Shown: positions 38,775 to 48,524 of the stretch, piece after piece
Numbering within the stretch: position 1 is the first letter of the stretch
Layout: the number at the start of each line of letters is the position of its first letter
Origin: a virus
Reading direction: 5' to 3' (one strand)
IMG/VR virus record: IMGVR_UViG_3300027763_000027
Coordinates: 32,001 to 96,000 of that record
Length of the DNA stretch: 64,000 bases
Notes under the pieces: generated by a model
Told to the model about the DNA's origin: nothing
Databases searched by the model: none
The model's input: the letters and a program-made list of their open reading frames with translations, nothing else
Position numbers and translations under genes: made by a program

Positions 38775-38986
38775 TATTTTTATTAAGATTAAATATGGTA
38801 CTACAAGATAAAATATTAAACCTATTAGATCAAATTATTGAAAAGAATATATTGGAAGATTCAATTAATAAAAAGCCAATTGAATCTGGAGATAATTGGA
38901 ACGTATTTTATTTAAAAGTTTTAAAAAATTTGTTACAAGAATTATTTGACAAAAAACAAAATAAAGAGTATTATAAGATCACATAG
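38768..38986 (+). CDS. Small hypothetical protein (probable start MVLQDK)
   Basis: ORF between the two RNA genes. Confidence 0.45.
   Translation: MAIFLLRLNMVLQDKILNLLDQIIEKNILEDSINKKPIESGDNWNVFYLKVLKNLLQELFDKKQNKEYYKIT
38946..38974 (+). promoter_or_regulatory. sigma70-type promoter facing the non-coding structured region
   Basis: TTGACA-17 nt-TATTAT; predicted +1 near 38981. Confidence 0.7.
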
Positions 38987-39315
38987 TCCCCTATTAGGAC
39001 AGTTTATTGATACCAAAAAATCAATTATCAATCCCTGAGATAGCAATGTCCCAAGGGCTGACAACTATTAAAACCTTCATTTGTACATAACATGGCTAAA
39101 GAAGGAAATGTAGCTATAGGCATCGCAGAATGTAGTGATCGAAGCTACCTCTGATCCGTAAGTGCGATGGCCCTTTGTTGCTGAGATCGCAACAAATTTG
39201 GAGTTAAAAGAAAAGTTGGATTGATAATACTCAACCTCAGACTATAATAATCTAGAGGTAAAGCCCTTTTGGATATTAAAGAAAAGTTAAATAATTCAGA
39301 GAAGGACACTAGATA
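38981..39315 (+). ncRNA. Unassigned structured ncRNA (~335 nt)
   Basis: No ORF in the track, higher GC than flanks, own promoter, several hairpins, and an 11-bp long-range helix (39024-39034 with 39218-39228). Confidence 0.7.
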
Positions 39316-40221
39316 TCACTTATCTAATATAGAATATAATTGATTCTTAATTTCTTGAGATTTTGTTTTCGCTATAATTAGACTCGATTCAATATTTTCT
39401 GTATACTTGCCTTCTAGAATTTTTTTTATTTCTAAAGATATATTTTCTGCTGTAGCATTTTCTCCGATCAATAAAGCTGGCCAATTTATTGATTCAGTTT
39501 GTCTTCTAACTTTATGTCCACCACCAATAGGATCGATTGCTAATACTGGAATTTTATTTTTCAATGAATAAACGATTCCATGTAATCTAGTGCTTATTAT
39601 TGCATCACATTTACATATAAGTGATTCTAAGATATCAGAAGAATAAACTCTTGTTCTGTTTTTATTTTTTTCTGTTGTTATAGTTGTGTCTATGTCTATT
39701 CTTGCAAATTTTTCTTTATCAAAAAAATTCCATACTTCTTTTTTAATGTTTTCATGATATCTTATACCTCCCGAGCAGCGACCATTTAGATGAACTAGTA
39801 AAACACCTATGACGGGAACTTTTTTATTTTTTATGTTAAAAACTAAATCTGGATTTTTTATAGTAGTTGAATCTCTTGCTACGATATAATCCACATAACC
39901 ATTATAAGTACTAATGTCGTCTCTAGAAATCGTAGTGTTTATAGCAATTTTTTTACAATGCGAAAAGTCATTAATAATATCTAATGGGCGAAAAGAGCTA
40001 GTACCAAATGGCCCACATACATAAAATAATATATTGTATATTTTTGGATTAATTTCATTAAATTTTATACTTTTTTTAGAACAACTCACTTCATTAACGA
40101 TATCATATTCTATATTTTTTTCAGTAAGCCAAGAAGCTACTACTTGTGCTGCTTGAACGTCTCCAAATGTACAAGCTCTATCTCTTACTCCAAAAGGCCC
40201 AAATATTAAAGCTCTATTCAT
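39316..40221 (-). CDS. Polysaccharide pyruvyl transferase family protein
   Basis: TFGD, VCGP, ARDS, IISTRLHG.VYSL...PVLAIDP. Confidence 0.75.
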   Translation of the reverse strand: MNRALIFGPFGVRDRACTFGDVQAAQVVASWLTEKNIEYDIVNEVSCSKKSIKFNEINPKIYNILFYVCGPFGTSSFRPLDIINDFSHCKKIAINTTISRDDISTYNGYVDYIVARDSTTIKNPDLVFNIKNKKVPVIGVLLVHLNGRCSGGIRYHENIKKEVWNFFDKEKFARIDIDTTITTEKNKNRTRVYSSDILESLICKCDAIISTRLHGIVYSLKNKIPVLAIDPIGGGHKVRRQTESINWPALLIGENATAENISLEIKKILEGKYTENIESSLIIAKTKSQEIKNQLYSILDK

Positions 40222-40553
40222 TATTTTTTATTTATTAAATGCTGTTGTATTATATCAAAATTACGATCTAATTTAGATTCAATTCTATCAAAATAATCAT
40301 CGAAAGACTCTTTTGTAACATATGTTGTGCTAATTTTTAAAGCTAAATCGGCTATTTCTTGTTGATGCTTTCTTCCTTCTAATTCCATTTCTTTTCTTAA
40401 AGTTATGAAATCGCTAAATGTTTTATCATTGATCTCTTTCATTAAGTTCTCTTGCTTATCGAAAAGAGAGAATACCCTAGTAAACAACCATCCTCCTAAA
40501 AAAGAAAGTGCTCCCAAGACTAAATTAAATAATAATGAAATATCTAAATTCAC
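40221..40553 (-). CDS. Membrane protein with N-terminal TM and coiled coil
   Basis: Hydrophobic N-terminus, YVTKE..RIE.KLD tail; GTGTAA upstream. Confidence 0.6.
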   Translation of the reverse strand: MNLDISLLFNLVLGALSFLGGWLFTRVFSLFDKQENLMKEINDKTFSDFITLRKEMELEGRKHQQEIADLALKISTTYVTKESFDDYFDRIESKLDRNFDIIQQHLINKK

Positions 40554-40592
40554 ATAGATAATTACACTTTTTAATTAAAATTATATAGTAAA

Positions 40593-41672
40593 TTATACTT
40601 TACAAGTAAAGGGAGGTCGTCTCGGTAGGTTCTTATTCTGGAGGCGGAAAATATCTGATTCGCTTGTGCAAGGAAATTGTTCGCTACCTACTTCTTTCAT
40701 ATTCTCATTATAGATACATCTTTCATTTAACCACACATGATAATGAAAAATATCATTTTCTAAAATTATTTGACTTTTATGTTCATGCGAAGTAAGCATG
40801 AACTCATTGTCTTCTATCGTATTTGTATTTAAAATTACTTTGCCATGTGTGTCTTGAAGTCTAACAAAATATTTAGCTAATTTCAAAACATTATTATTTA
40901 TAATATCATTGTTATTCCTATTTGTAATTAAATGGCTTTTTGAAAGTATTGTAGAATTATTAAAATTTAAAAAATTTTCTATATGGGTTTTACTAGGTAA
41001 AAATATAAATTCATCTGCATCAATTAATGCAATATATTTACATTTATTTTTAAATGCATTTACTCCAATAGTAAGTGTTAATCTTTGTAAAATATTCCAA
41101 TGGCCGAGGGATCCTTTATCAGTCATAATATTTTTATAAGGGAAATCTATTAAAATAACTTTTTCTTTAAATTTATTGCATATTTCTTGAGTAGTTTTAT
41201 TGCTAATAGTATAGTCTAAGCTTTCGTGTAAGCCATTTTGATCATTTTCATTATTATTAAAAATAACAATTCCAGAAAAACCTAATTTTATATTATATTC
41301 TATCCATTCTTCAAGTCTATGTGAATAATCTTTACACATAGTACTTATAATTGCTGATGTATTTTTATTTAAATTTAATTGACATTTTTCAAATGGAAAT
41401 TCTAATTCTAAATTTTTAAAATGAATAACCTGATCGTTACTTAAGATAAAATTAATGTTCGATATATTATATTTAAAATTTTCAATTTCATCTTCTATTA
41501 TGACGTAGAATTGACAATCTTTAACAAAAAAACTATATTTTTTATCAGTGTTAATTTTTAATCTTTTGATTATTAAATTAACATATGGATTTATTAATCC
41601 ATATATTATAATTTTTTTTTCTTTGATTAAAGATGTTTTAGTAAAAAAAAATAAAATTTCAGAATCTATCAT
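40593..41672 (-). CDS. GT92/GT2-like glycosyltransferase
   Basis: LEEWIEYN.KLGF..IVIFNN, ALIDADEFI. Confidence 0.7.
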   Translation of the reverse strand: MIDSEILFFFTKTSLIKEKKIIIYGLINPYVNLIIKRLKINTDKKYSFFVKDCQFYVIIEDEIENFKYNISNINFILSNDQVIHFKNLELEFPFEKCQLNLNKNTSAIISTMCKDYSHRLEEWIEYNIKLGFSGIVIFNNNENDQNGLHESLDYTISNKTTQEICNKFKEKVILIDFPYKNIMTDKGSLGHWNILQRLTLTIGVNAFKNKCKYIALIDADEFIFLPSKTHIENFLNFNNSTILSKSHLITNRNNNDIINNNVLKLAKYFVRLQDTHGKVILNTNTIEDNEFMLTSHEHKSQIILENDIFHYHVWLNERCIYNENMKEVGSEQFPCTSESDIFRLQNKNLPRRPPFTCKV

Positions 41673-42733
41673 AGTCTTAAATCACCAAAATCATCATCAG
41701 AGATATCAGTTTTCCTTGCGCCAACTTTATAGCTGGATATCTCTGTTTCTTGTGGTGCGACTTGCACTTTACTACTATCTAAATAACTATCATGCCATCC
41801 AGCGATAGGGTTATCTTTTTGATTAAATATCTTCTTATAGCCCAAGCTCCTTAATCGACTATCGCAAAGCCACTTAGAGTAACCGTCTAGAACCTCAGCA
41901 TTTAATCCAAGTAAGCTCCCTTTACTAAAGAGATACTTAGACCATTCACTTTCGTTCTTTGCGGCTTGTTCATAAAAAGCATAAATCTTATCTTCATTTT
42001 TTTTTACAATAGATGTAAAACCTTCTTTATCTTCCTCACGAAGTATCTTTAACAAATTTTGAGAGGTGGCGAAATGCAATGCTTCATCTCTTTGAATGAA
42101 TTTAATAATTTTAGAATTGCCTTCCATCTTACCACGATATCCAAAATAAAAAGAACAAGCAAAAGAAACATAAAATACAAGACCTTCCATTACATTAATA
42201 GAAAGAATAGCGTCAAAAATCTTTTGTTTAGGATCTTTCTTTTCATCATCACCAAGAATTTTATCAAAGTTATTTCTAATTAATTCAGCGCGGCTTGTTA
42301 TTTCTTTATCCTCCATAATACTATCAAAAAATTTAGTTGCATCTGGATATACATTATTTAAAAGATAAGAGTAAGAATAACTATGAATGCCTTCAAATTG
42401 AGCCCAAGTATTCATGCAAATTTCAAGTTCTGGATTACTAACGTAATCTTTTAAGGAGTGAATACTCCTAGAGAGCATGCTATCACCAAGCGTTTGGAAT
42501 CTTAAATTACTATCAAATACAAATCTTTCTGTATCAGTTAAATTTTTATAATCACTTCTATCTTTTCCTAGTGCTATTTCGTGAGGCCACCAAAAATTTT
42601 CATTTTGCTTTTTAAACAATTCAAAAAATATTGGATATTTAAATCTATCATATCTTTGAAGGTTAAGGTCTTCGCCAAGAAACAATGGCTGTTTAGTGGT
42701 ATCTATGTTTTTAAAATTTAATACTGTTTTCAT
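41669..42733 (-). CDS. nrdB: Ribonucleotide reductase class Ia beta subunit
   Basis: FWWPHE, QTLGDS, EGIHSYSY, EGLVFYVSF, RDEALH, QVAPQETE..SY. Confidence 0.95.
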   Translation of the reverse strand: MKTVLNFKNIDTTKQPLFLGEDLNLQRYDRFKYPIFFELFKKQNENFWWPHEIALGKDRSDYKNLTDTERFVFDSNLRFQTLGDSMLSRSIHSLKDYVSNPELEICMNTWAQFEGIHSYSYSYLLNNVYPDATKFFDSIMEDKEITSRAELIRNNFDKILGDDEKKDPKQKIFDAILSINVMEGLVFYVSFACSFYFGYRGKMEGNSKIIKFIQRDEALHFATSQNLLKILREEDKEGFTSIVKKNEDKIYAFYEQAAKNESEWSKYLFSKGSLLGLNAEVLDGYSKWLCDSRLRSLGYKKIFNQKDNPIAGWHDSYLDSSKVQVAPQETEISSYKVGARKTDISDDDFGDLRL

Positions 42734-42736
42734 GGA

Positions 42737-44992
42737 CTATAGTTTACACGCTCCACTAGAACAATCTCTATCTTCTTTTTGATTTAATGATTGCTCTTTA
42801 TCTCCGTCATCTGTGTTATTGTAATACAAACTAATCAAACCTAAACTATAAGCATAAATCAATTCTTTCATAACTTTTGCGTCTGGAAGAATATTATTTT
42901 CATAATGACTATAATTGTAGTATACATTAGTTGATATAGCCATGTCAATATATTTTTGAATTACTGCATTAATTTTAAGTAATCCGCTATTATCTTTTAA
43001 ATCATATGCTAATTCATAATTTTCGTCATACTTTCCAATCCCTGGAACCATAACTGGAAGTTTACCCATTTTACTAGTTTTATATGTTATAAGGCTACGA
43101 ATAGGCTCTACTCCATTTGTTGAGCATTGAATTACAGAACTGCTTTCGCATGGCATACAAGAAGATAATGTAGAATGTCTTAATCCAAATTCTTTGATAT
43201 CTTTTCTTAGTTTCTCCCAATCAAGCGATAGTTTTCTTTTAACTAGCTCATCCACTTTATCTTTGTAAGTATCAATAGGAAGTATGCCTTTGGAGTATTT
43301 AGTTCTATCAAACTTCTCGCACTTGCCTTTTTCTTTAGCTATTTCAATACTACTTTTTAATAAATAATATTGAAAATGCTCCATCCATTCGTCAACAGCT
43401 AGTAATGATTTATCAGAACTATATTTTAATTCATTTTTAGCAAGAAAAGCTGCGAGATTAGTAATTCCAACACCAAGGCTTCTACGTTTTTTAGCAAAAT
43501 TTTCAGCAGCAACATTAAAGTAATCTTGAAGCTCAATGATTTCATCAAGAAATCTTACGATAAGATCGCAAGTCTTTTCAAGATCTTGCCAGTTTTTTAT
43601 TTCTAGCATATTTACTGCCGAAAGAATACACATTCCAATTTCCCCATCCTTGTCATTGTAATCATTCAATGGAATAGTTGGATGGATAACTTCAGTACAA
43701 AGATTACTCATAGTAACTTTATCTAACCAAGCTCCATGATTATTCGCGTGATCAACATTTAATATATAGATACGGCCAGTTTCAACTCTTTCTTTTATTA
43801 TAAGAGAGAACAATTTACGAGCAGATATTTTCTTTTTAATCTTTAATTTTTTAGATTCACACTCTTTATATACTTTATCAAAGTCTTTAGTTCCCCATGC
43901 TTCGTAAAGCTCTGGAACTTCTGAATTGTTAAATAGAGTGATATCTTCATCTTTTAATACTCTATCATAAAATAGCTTACTCATTCCAATTGTATAGTCA
44001 AGTTTACGAACTCTATTATCGTCTGTTCCAGCATTATTCTTCAACACTACGACATCTTCAATTTCATAATGCCACCATTGAATATTACAAGTTGCACTTC
44101 CACCTCTTAATCCATTTTGTTGCCATGCTTTTACGCTACTCTCATAAATTTTTAAGAATGGAATTAACCCAGTATGAACAACTTCTCCATTTTTGATAGG
44201 AGAACCAATTGCTCTTATTTTACTTACATCAATACCAATTCCACATCTATTAGCAGTAGCCATACTCACAGCCGTGGCACTAGCTGTAATACTTTCTCTA
44301 GTATCATCAACACCGATCAAACAACAACTAGCATAATTTCTGCTAGAAGTTCTAACTCCTGCCATAACTGGAGTTGGTAAATTGATCTTATGCTTACTTA
44401 CAGCATCATAAAATCTTCTTACATAATTAAGTCTTGTTTCAACTGGATATTTGGCAAACGCATAAGCTGCAATTAATACATAAGCGAATTGTGGAGTTTC
44501 ATAAATTTTTCCAGTAGTTCTATTTTTGATTAAATATTTATCACAAAGCTGTTTAATTCCAGCGTAAGTAAAGATGTAATCTCTTTCATGATCAATGAAT
44601 TCTCCAATCTTATTAATTTCATCCTCAGAATATGAATTGAAAATGCTATCATCATAAATCTTATTTTTAATACTTTCTTTTAAAAATTCTAATAACCTTG
44701 GAGCATGCTTACCTTTCCAAACATCTTTTCTTAATTGATAATTCAACAATCTTCCAGCTACAAATTGATAATTTGGTTTTTTAATAGAAATTAAATTCGC
44801 AGCACTTTCAATTAAAAGGTTATGTATCTCTTTTGAAGTAATACCTTCGTGGATATTTATTTTAGCATTGATTTCGATATCAGTAAGACTTACTTCACTT
44901 AAACCATTAACAGCCCATGCAATTACTTTATTTATCTTTTCTATGTTAAATTTTTCAAATGTTCCATTTCTTTTTTTGATTTTAATATTCAT
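42737..44992 (-). CDS. nrdA: Ribonucleotide reductase class Ia alpha subunit with ATP cone
   Basis: KKRNG ATP cone, PTPVMAG, SCCL, SNLCTEV, SLYY, C-terminal CSSGAC. Confidence 0.96.
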   Translation of the reverse strand: MNIKIKKRNGTFEKFNIEKINKVIAWAVNGLSEVSLTDIEINAKINIHEGITSKEIHNLLIESAANLISIKKPNYQFVAGRLLNYQLRKDVWKGKHAPRLLEFLKESIKNKIYDDSIFNSYSEDEINKIGEFIDHERDYIFTYAGIKQLCDKYLIKNRTTGKIYETPQFAYVLIAAYAFAKYPVETRLNYVRRFYDAVSKHKINLPTPVMAGVRTSSRNYASCCLIGVDDTRESITASATAVSMATANRCGIGIDVSKIRAIGSPIKNGEVVHTGLIPFLKIYESSVKAWQQNGLRGGSATCNIQWWHYEIEDVVVLKNNAGTDDNRVRKLDYTIGMSKLFYDRVLKDEDITLFNNSEVPELYEAWGTKDFDKVYKECESKKLKIKKKISARKLFSLIIKERVETGRIYILNVDHANNHGAWLDKVTMSNLCTEVIHPTIPLNDYNDKDGEIGMCILSAVNMLEIKNWQDLEKTCDLIVRFLDEIIELQDYFNVAAENFAKKRRSLGVGITNLAAFLAKNELKYSSDKSLLAVDEWMEHFQYYLLKSSIEIAKEKGKCEKFDRTKYSKGILPIDTYKDKVDELVKRKLSLDWEKLRKDIKEFGLRHSTLSSCMPCESSSVIQCSTNGVEPIRSLITYKTSKMGKLPVMVPGIGKYDENYELAYDLKDNSGLLKINAVIQKYIDMAISTNVYYNYSHYENNILPDAKVMKELIYAYSLGLISLYYNNTDDGDKEQSLNQKEDRDCSSGACKL

Positions 44993-45070
44993 AGTTTACA
45001 AGAAGCTTGAATATTATATTACATCATATTTAAGTATATAGAAAGAAAAAACCAAGAAGTTGTAAACAAT

Positions 45071-45418
45071 TTAATCTAAGTGACTTTTTGGGTGTACTTT
45101 ACCTTTTCTTTTTTTAGACCAATCATCGAAATATTTTTTCTTAATGGGATCTTTGCCGTAAACTTTTTTTCTTTTTTCAGATAATTCTTGACTTCTCTCC
45201 CAAAGATCACCTACTGTACCTTTTTGATTTTTTGTTACTCTTGCGAAATCTTTTTCATTTGAATTTACAGACAATTTTTCTTGGGTATTGACTTGAGGAG
45301 ACGTAAAAACCCTATCCCATAAAATACCATCTTCATAATACTCATGCTTATCATGAATACTTTGGATTATTTCTTTTACCTGTTTAGTCTTAGGATTTTG
45401 ATAGATATATACTGGCAT
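45071..45418 (-). CDS. FmdB-like small protein
   Basis: MPVYIY..E.IQS...W.RVF; lacks the Zn-ribbon cysteines. Confidence 0.5.
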   Translation of the reverse strand: MPVYIYQNPKTKQVKEIIQSIHDKHEYYEDGILWDRVFTSPQVNTQEKLSVNSNEKDFARVTKNQKGTVGDLWERSQELSEKRKKVYGKDPIKKKYFDDWSKKRKGKVHPKSHLD

Positions 45419-45427
45419 TATAATATA

Positions 45428-46510
45428 TTATAGCTCTTTTAATATATTATCACAAAACTTTTCAGAAGAAAAGTCGTCTTGTAGTTTTAAACCATTTTTA
45501 TTAACTTTATTTGATTCTACTTTTTGTATAGTTTTATCACAAGCATCAATGAATTCATTTTCATCAAAATCAAATATATTACCTTGATTGTACTGCTGAC
45601 CCTTATGAAAGAAAACTCCATCATAAGCTTCAATTTTACCATTAGACTTTACTAAAGTAGAATTATCTTTGTTAGCCCAACTTTTATATCCATGCTCATT
45701 CATTATTACTCCGTGTTTACCTAACGCAACAGAATGAAACTCTGGTAAACCCCATCCTTCTCCGCCACTCATTCCTAAAACTATATCTGCACTATTCAGT
45801 AAATCATTATATTCAGCATTTTTTTGAATAAAATTTAAAAATGATATATTAAAATAATTTTTACCTTCCAAAATAACATTTCTTATTAAATGCTCTTGAT
45901 CTTCTTGTTTCAGAAAAGGATTAAAAATAGAACATTGCAAATGATACCTACGATCATTGCCATATTTTTTAACCCATGATTGTATAACTTTTTTATGATT
46001 TTTTCTTTTTTCTAGTTTGCCCAAAAGATTAAAAACTATTCTATCAGAAAAATATTGCTTATCTAAAGTTTTAAAATTATATTTATCAAAGCATAAAGGC
46101 ACATATTTAACATTTTTGCATCCAGCTTTACTAAAAGTATCAACTGTGTATTGAGATGTAAATAAAACTTTATGATTATTGCTTACAATATTTAATTCAG
46201 CATTAGTAGGATTATCTAGTTCATAGAATGATAGTAGTATTTGTTTTTCTGACATACTTTCCATGGCACCATTGATGTGCCATAGTTTAAAAACGTTATT
46301 CTTCCTATTATGTTTTAAATAAAAAGAATTTATATTATTGCTTAAATAATCAATAAATCCCTGATCGAGGTCTTGTGTTGAAAGATCAACATTTTGACCT
46401 ATTGGACAAATTGGAATATTTATACTCTTAGAGTACAATTCTCTAAGAAGAATAGTCGAAATTTGACCAAACGATACAGGGTTTATTGGTAGATTTAAAC
46501 TAAAATCCAT
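45428..46510 (-). CDS. GT4-like glycosyltransferase
   Basis: GKLEKRKN, SGGEGWGLPEF. Confidence 0.75.
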   Translation of the reverse strand: MDFSLNLPINPVSFGQISTILLRELYSKSINIPICPIGQNVDLSTQDLDQGFIDYLSNNINSFYLKHNRKNNVFKLWHINGAMESMSEKQILLSFYELDNPTNAELNIVSNNHKVLFTSQYTVDTFSKAGCKNVKYVPLCFDKYNFKTLDKQYFSDRIVFNLLGKLEKRKNHKKVIQSWVKKYGNDRRYHLQCSIFNPFLKQEDQEHLIRNVILEGKNYFNISFLNFIQKNAEYNDLLNSADIVLGMSGGEGWGLPEFHSVALGKHGVIMNEHGYKSWANKDNSTLVKSNGKIEAYDGVFFHKGQQYNQGNIFDFDENEFIDACDKTIQKVESNKVNKNGLKLQDDFSSEKFCDNILKEL

Positions 46511-46833
46511 TATAGGATATCTTCGTCAGAATCTTCGACTACTTGCTTCTTAACTTCTTTAACAGGAGTTTTTGCTACTGCTTTAGGTTGTTGAATAGCT
46601 GATTCTGATTGAGTAGATCCTGAATCTAGAGGTTTAGAGACATAGATTCTATAATCTGGAGCGTTATCCTTAGACTTGTTATTATTAGCAAATACTACTA
46701 CTTTAATTTCTTTCTCTAGACCTAGATCATCAACCTTGACATATCCAGATAGAAATGACATACCAGATTTGCTTTTCTTTTTCCAAAGAGCACCGAGCTC
46801 TGTATTTTTATTTTGTGTTTTATTGTTTTCCAT
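46510..46833 (-). CDS. DUF736-like protein with acidic tail (possible SSB)
   Basis: GALWKK.SKSG..FLSG, N.K....PDYRI, tail EDSDEDIL. Confidence 0.55.
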   Translation of the reverse strand: MENNKTQNKNTELGALWKKKSKSGMSFLSGYVKVDDLGLEKEIKVVVFANNNKSKDNAPDYRIYVSKPLDSGSTQSESAIQQPKAVAKTPVKEVKKQVVEDSDEDIL

Positions 46834-46836
46834 AAA

Positions 46837-47436
46837 CTATATAATATCATTATTTTGTAAACTTGTCAACTTATTTTTCAATAAAAGTTTACCTTTATCA
46901 TGTAAGTTGATTGCTGTTTGAGTGCTGATATTAAGAGTTTTACTTATTTTACTCCAAGAAGTTACTTTCTTACCATTAAAATATCTTAATTTAAATACTT
47001 TACATATTCTTTTGTCTTTTACTCTGTCTAAAATTGAAAATACTAAATCGGAGTTTTCTTTATTTATAATTAAATTATTTTCATATTTTATTTGATTATT
47101 TTCTATAATATGATTTATATTCTCGTTGTCCATGCTAATAGTATTGTTTTGTTTGTTTATACAGTTCAAGCAATAATATCTAGCTTGATTACCTAGCCAA
47201 GTCGAAAATTTTACATTCTTATCTGGATTAAAATTTAAAGCCGATTTATATATTACAAAAAGTTTATCATTAATAATATCATCTGGATTAGCCCCAAAAT
47301 CAATTAAATGTTTATAGTATTTTTTAACCATTTGATTAAAAATACCAGTATGACGATTCTCTAGTTCTTTTAATGCATCACTATTTGATTCTTTTTTTAC
47401 TTTATTTATTAGATCTATGTCTGGTATATAATTCAT
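46837..47436 (-). CDS. Phage RNA polymerase sigma factor (sigma70 family regions 2 and 4)
   Basis: FNPDKNVKFSTWL.NQARY (region 2); VFKLRY...SWSKISKTLNIS (region 4 HTH). Confidence 0.8.
   Translation of the reverse strand: MNYIPDIDLINKVKKESNSDALKELENRHTGIFNQMVKKYYKHLIDFGANPDDIINDKLFVIYKSALNFNPDKNVKFSTWLGNQARYYCLNCINKQNNTISMDNENINHIIENNQIKYENNLIINKENSDLVFSILDRVKDKRICKVFKLRYFNGKKVTSWSKISKTLNISTQTAINLHDKGKLLLKNKLTSLQNNDII
46841..46869 (-). promoter_or_regulatory. sigma70-type promoter
   Basis: TTGACA-17 nt-TATTAT; ATG 7 nt downstream. Confidence 0.65.
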
Positions 47437-47995
47437 ATATTTTTTCTAAATTTTTTTCCATTAGTTCGTATAAGAAGTTTGTATCTTGACAAGTTTCCCA
47501 GCAAACAGAAAAATCAGCAACAGCTTTTAACTTATTATCATTTGCTTTTTCTTCAATATTAGCTGGTGGCACAAGGTTACCATTATCTAGTTTTCTAGAT
47601 ATATGTATTAGAATACCATTATTATTTTTCAACCAAGAGTATTCATCTTCCTTATATTCTATATATCGAACATCTGTAATTATAGGTATAATATTTTGTT
47701 TATTAAAATTTTTAATTTTCATATCTAATAATGAAGTCCAGTATTTGCCTTCTGTTTGAGATCTTCTGCATTTACCATAAGAAACCATTAAAGGTCTAAT
47801 AACTTCTTTTTCTTCATTTGTACATTTTGTTAAATCAATCTTAAATTTTTCAATTGTAAATGGATTTAATTCTTTTTTAAGATCATCAGCAAAAGCAAGC
47901 CTATCAGCTTTTAAGCCTTTATTTTCAAAATATTTAGCAAGAATACTATAGAATGTATCCTTACCAGATCGAGCTACACCTGTGATGCCTATCAT
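47402..47995 (-). CDS. Deoxynucleoside monophosphate kinase
   Basis: GITGVARSGKDT, AFADDLK, R..MV.YG..RR, ITDVRY..E. Confidence 0.85.
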   Translation of the reverse strand: MIGITGVARSGKDTFYSILAKYFENKGLKADRLAFADDLKKELNPFTIEKFKIDLTKCTNEEKEVIRPLMVSYGKCRRSQTEGKYWTSLLDMKIKNFNKQNIIPIITDVRYIEYKEDEYSWLKNNNGILIHISRKLDNGNLVPPANIEEKANDNKLKAVADFSVCWETCQDTNFLYELMEKNLEKIYELYTRHRSNK

Positions 47996-48037
47996 AATTA
48001 CAAGTATACATGTTTATTAAAAAAAGTAAAGTTAAAA

Positions 48038-48065
48038 TTGACTTAATTTAAAATTAATATATAAT
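48038..48065 (+). promoter_or_regulatory. sigma70-type promoter (predicted leaderless transcript)
   Basis: TTGACT-16 nt-TATAAT; ATG 6 nt after the -10. Confidence 0.6.
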
Positions 48066-48071
48066 TTATAA

Positions 48072-48488
48072 ATGAAAAGAGTATCGTTTAAAGACATGGC
48101 AATCAATTTTGCCATCAATGCTTCTTTAAGGTCAGAAGATAAGTATAAAAAAGTAGGATGTGCGATTTTAAATAAAGAAGGAAGATTATTAAGTATAGGA
48201 TATAATGGGCTACTACCAAAACAAAAAATAAAAAATAACTTTTGGAATGATAGAGATTATAGGAGAAAATACATAATACATGCAGAAACTAACGCTTTAT
48301 CATGTATAACTCGATACGATAACCCTTATCTTTTAGCTTGTACTTTATTACCATGCTCTAATTGCGCTTCTAATATTGCATCTAATGGGATTAAAGAGGT
48401 CTTATATATAGATGAGTATGTTCCTGACCAAAATGCACACGATATATTTGATTTTTATAAAATAAAATTAACTAAATTTAATAAATGA
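48072..48488 (+). CDS. dCMP deaminase
   Basis: KVGCAI, GYNG, HAETNA, PCSNC. Confidence 0.92.
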   Translation: MKRVSFKDMAINFAINASLRSEDKYKKVGCAILNKEGRLLSIGYNGLLPKQKIKNNFWNDRDYRRKYIIHAETNALSCITRYDNPYLLACTLLPCSNCASNIASNGIKEVLYIDEYVPDQNAHDIFDFYKIKLTKFNK

Positions 48489-48517
48489 TTGACACTAGTT
48501 TAAATATAATTTAATAT
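48489..48517 (+). promoter_or_regulatory. sigma70-type promoter
   Basis: TTGACA-17 nt-TAATAT; ATG 7 nt downstream. Confidence 0.6.
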
Positions 48518-48524
48518 AAGGATT

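Noticed and set aside
38981-39315. RNase P RNA, 6S, SRP or a conventional group I intron
   Set aside because: No GAGGAAAGUCC or ACAGAA..CGGC RNase P boxes, no SRP domain IV motif, too long for 6S, and it does not interrupt a gene.
2244-44992. Inteins or introns in dnaE, dnaB, recA, nrdA, nrdB
   Set aside because: Lengths and motif spacing are ordinary; no C/S...HN splice motifs or frame breaks were seen.
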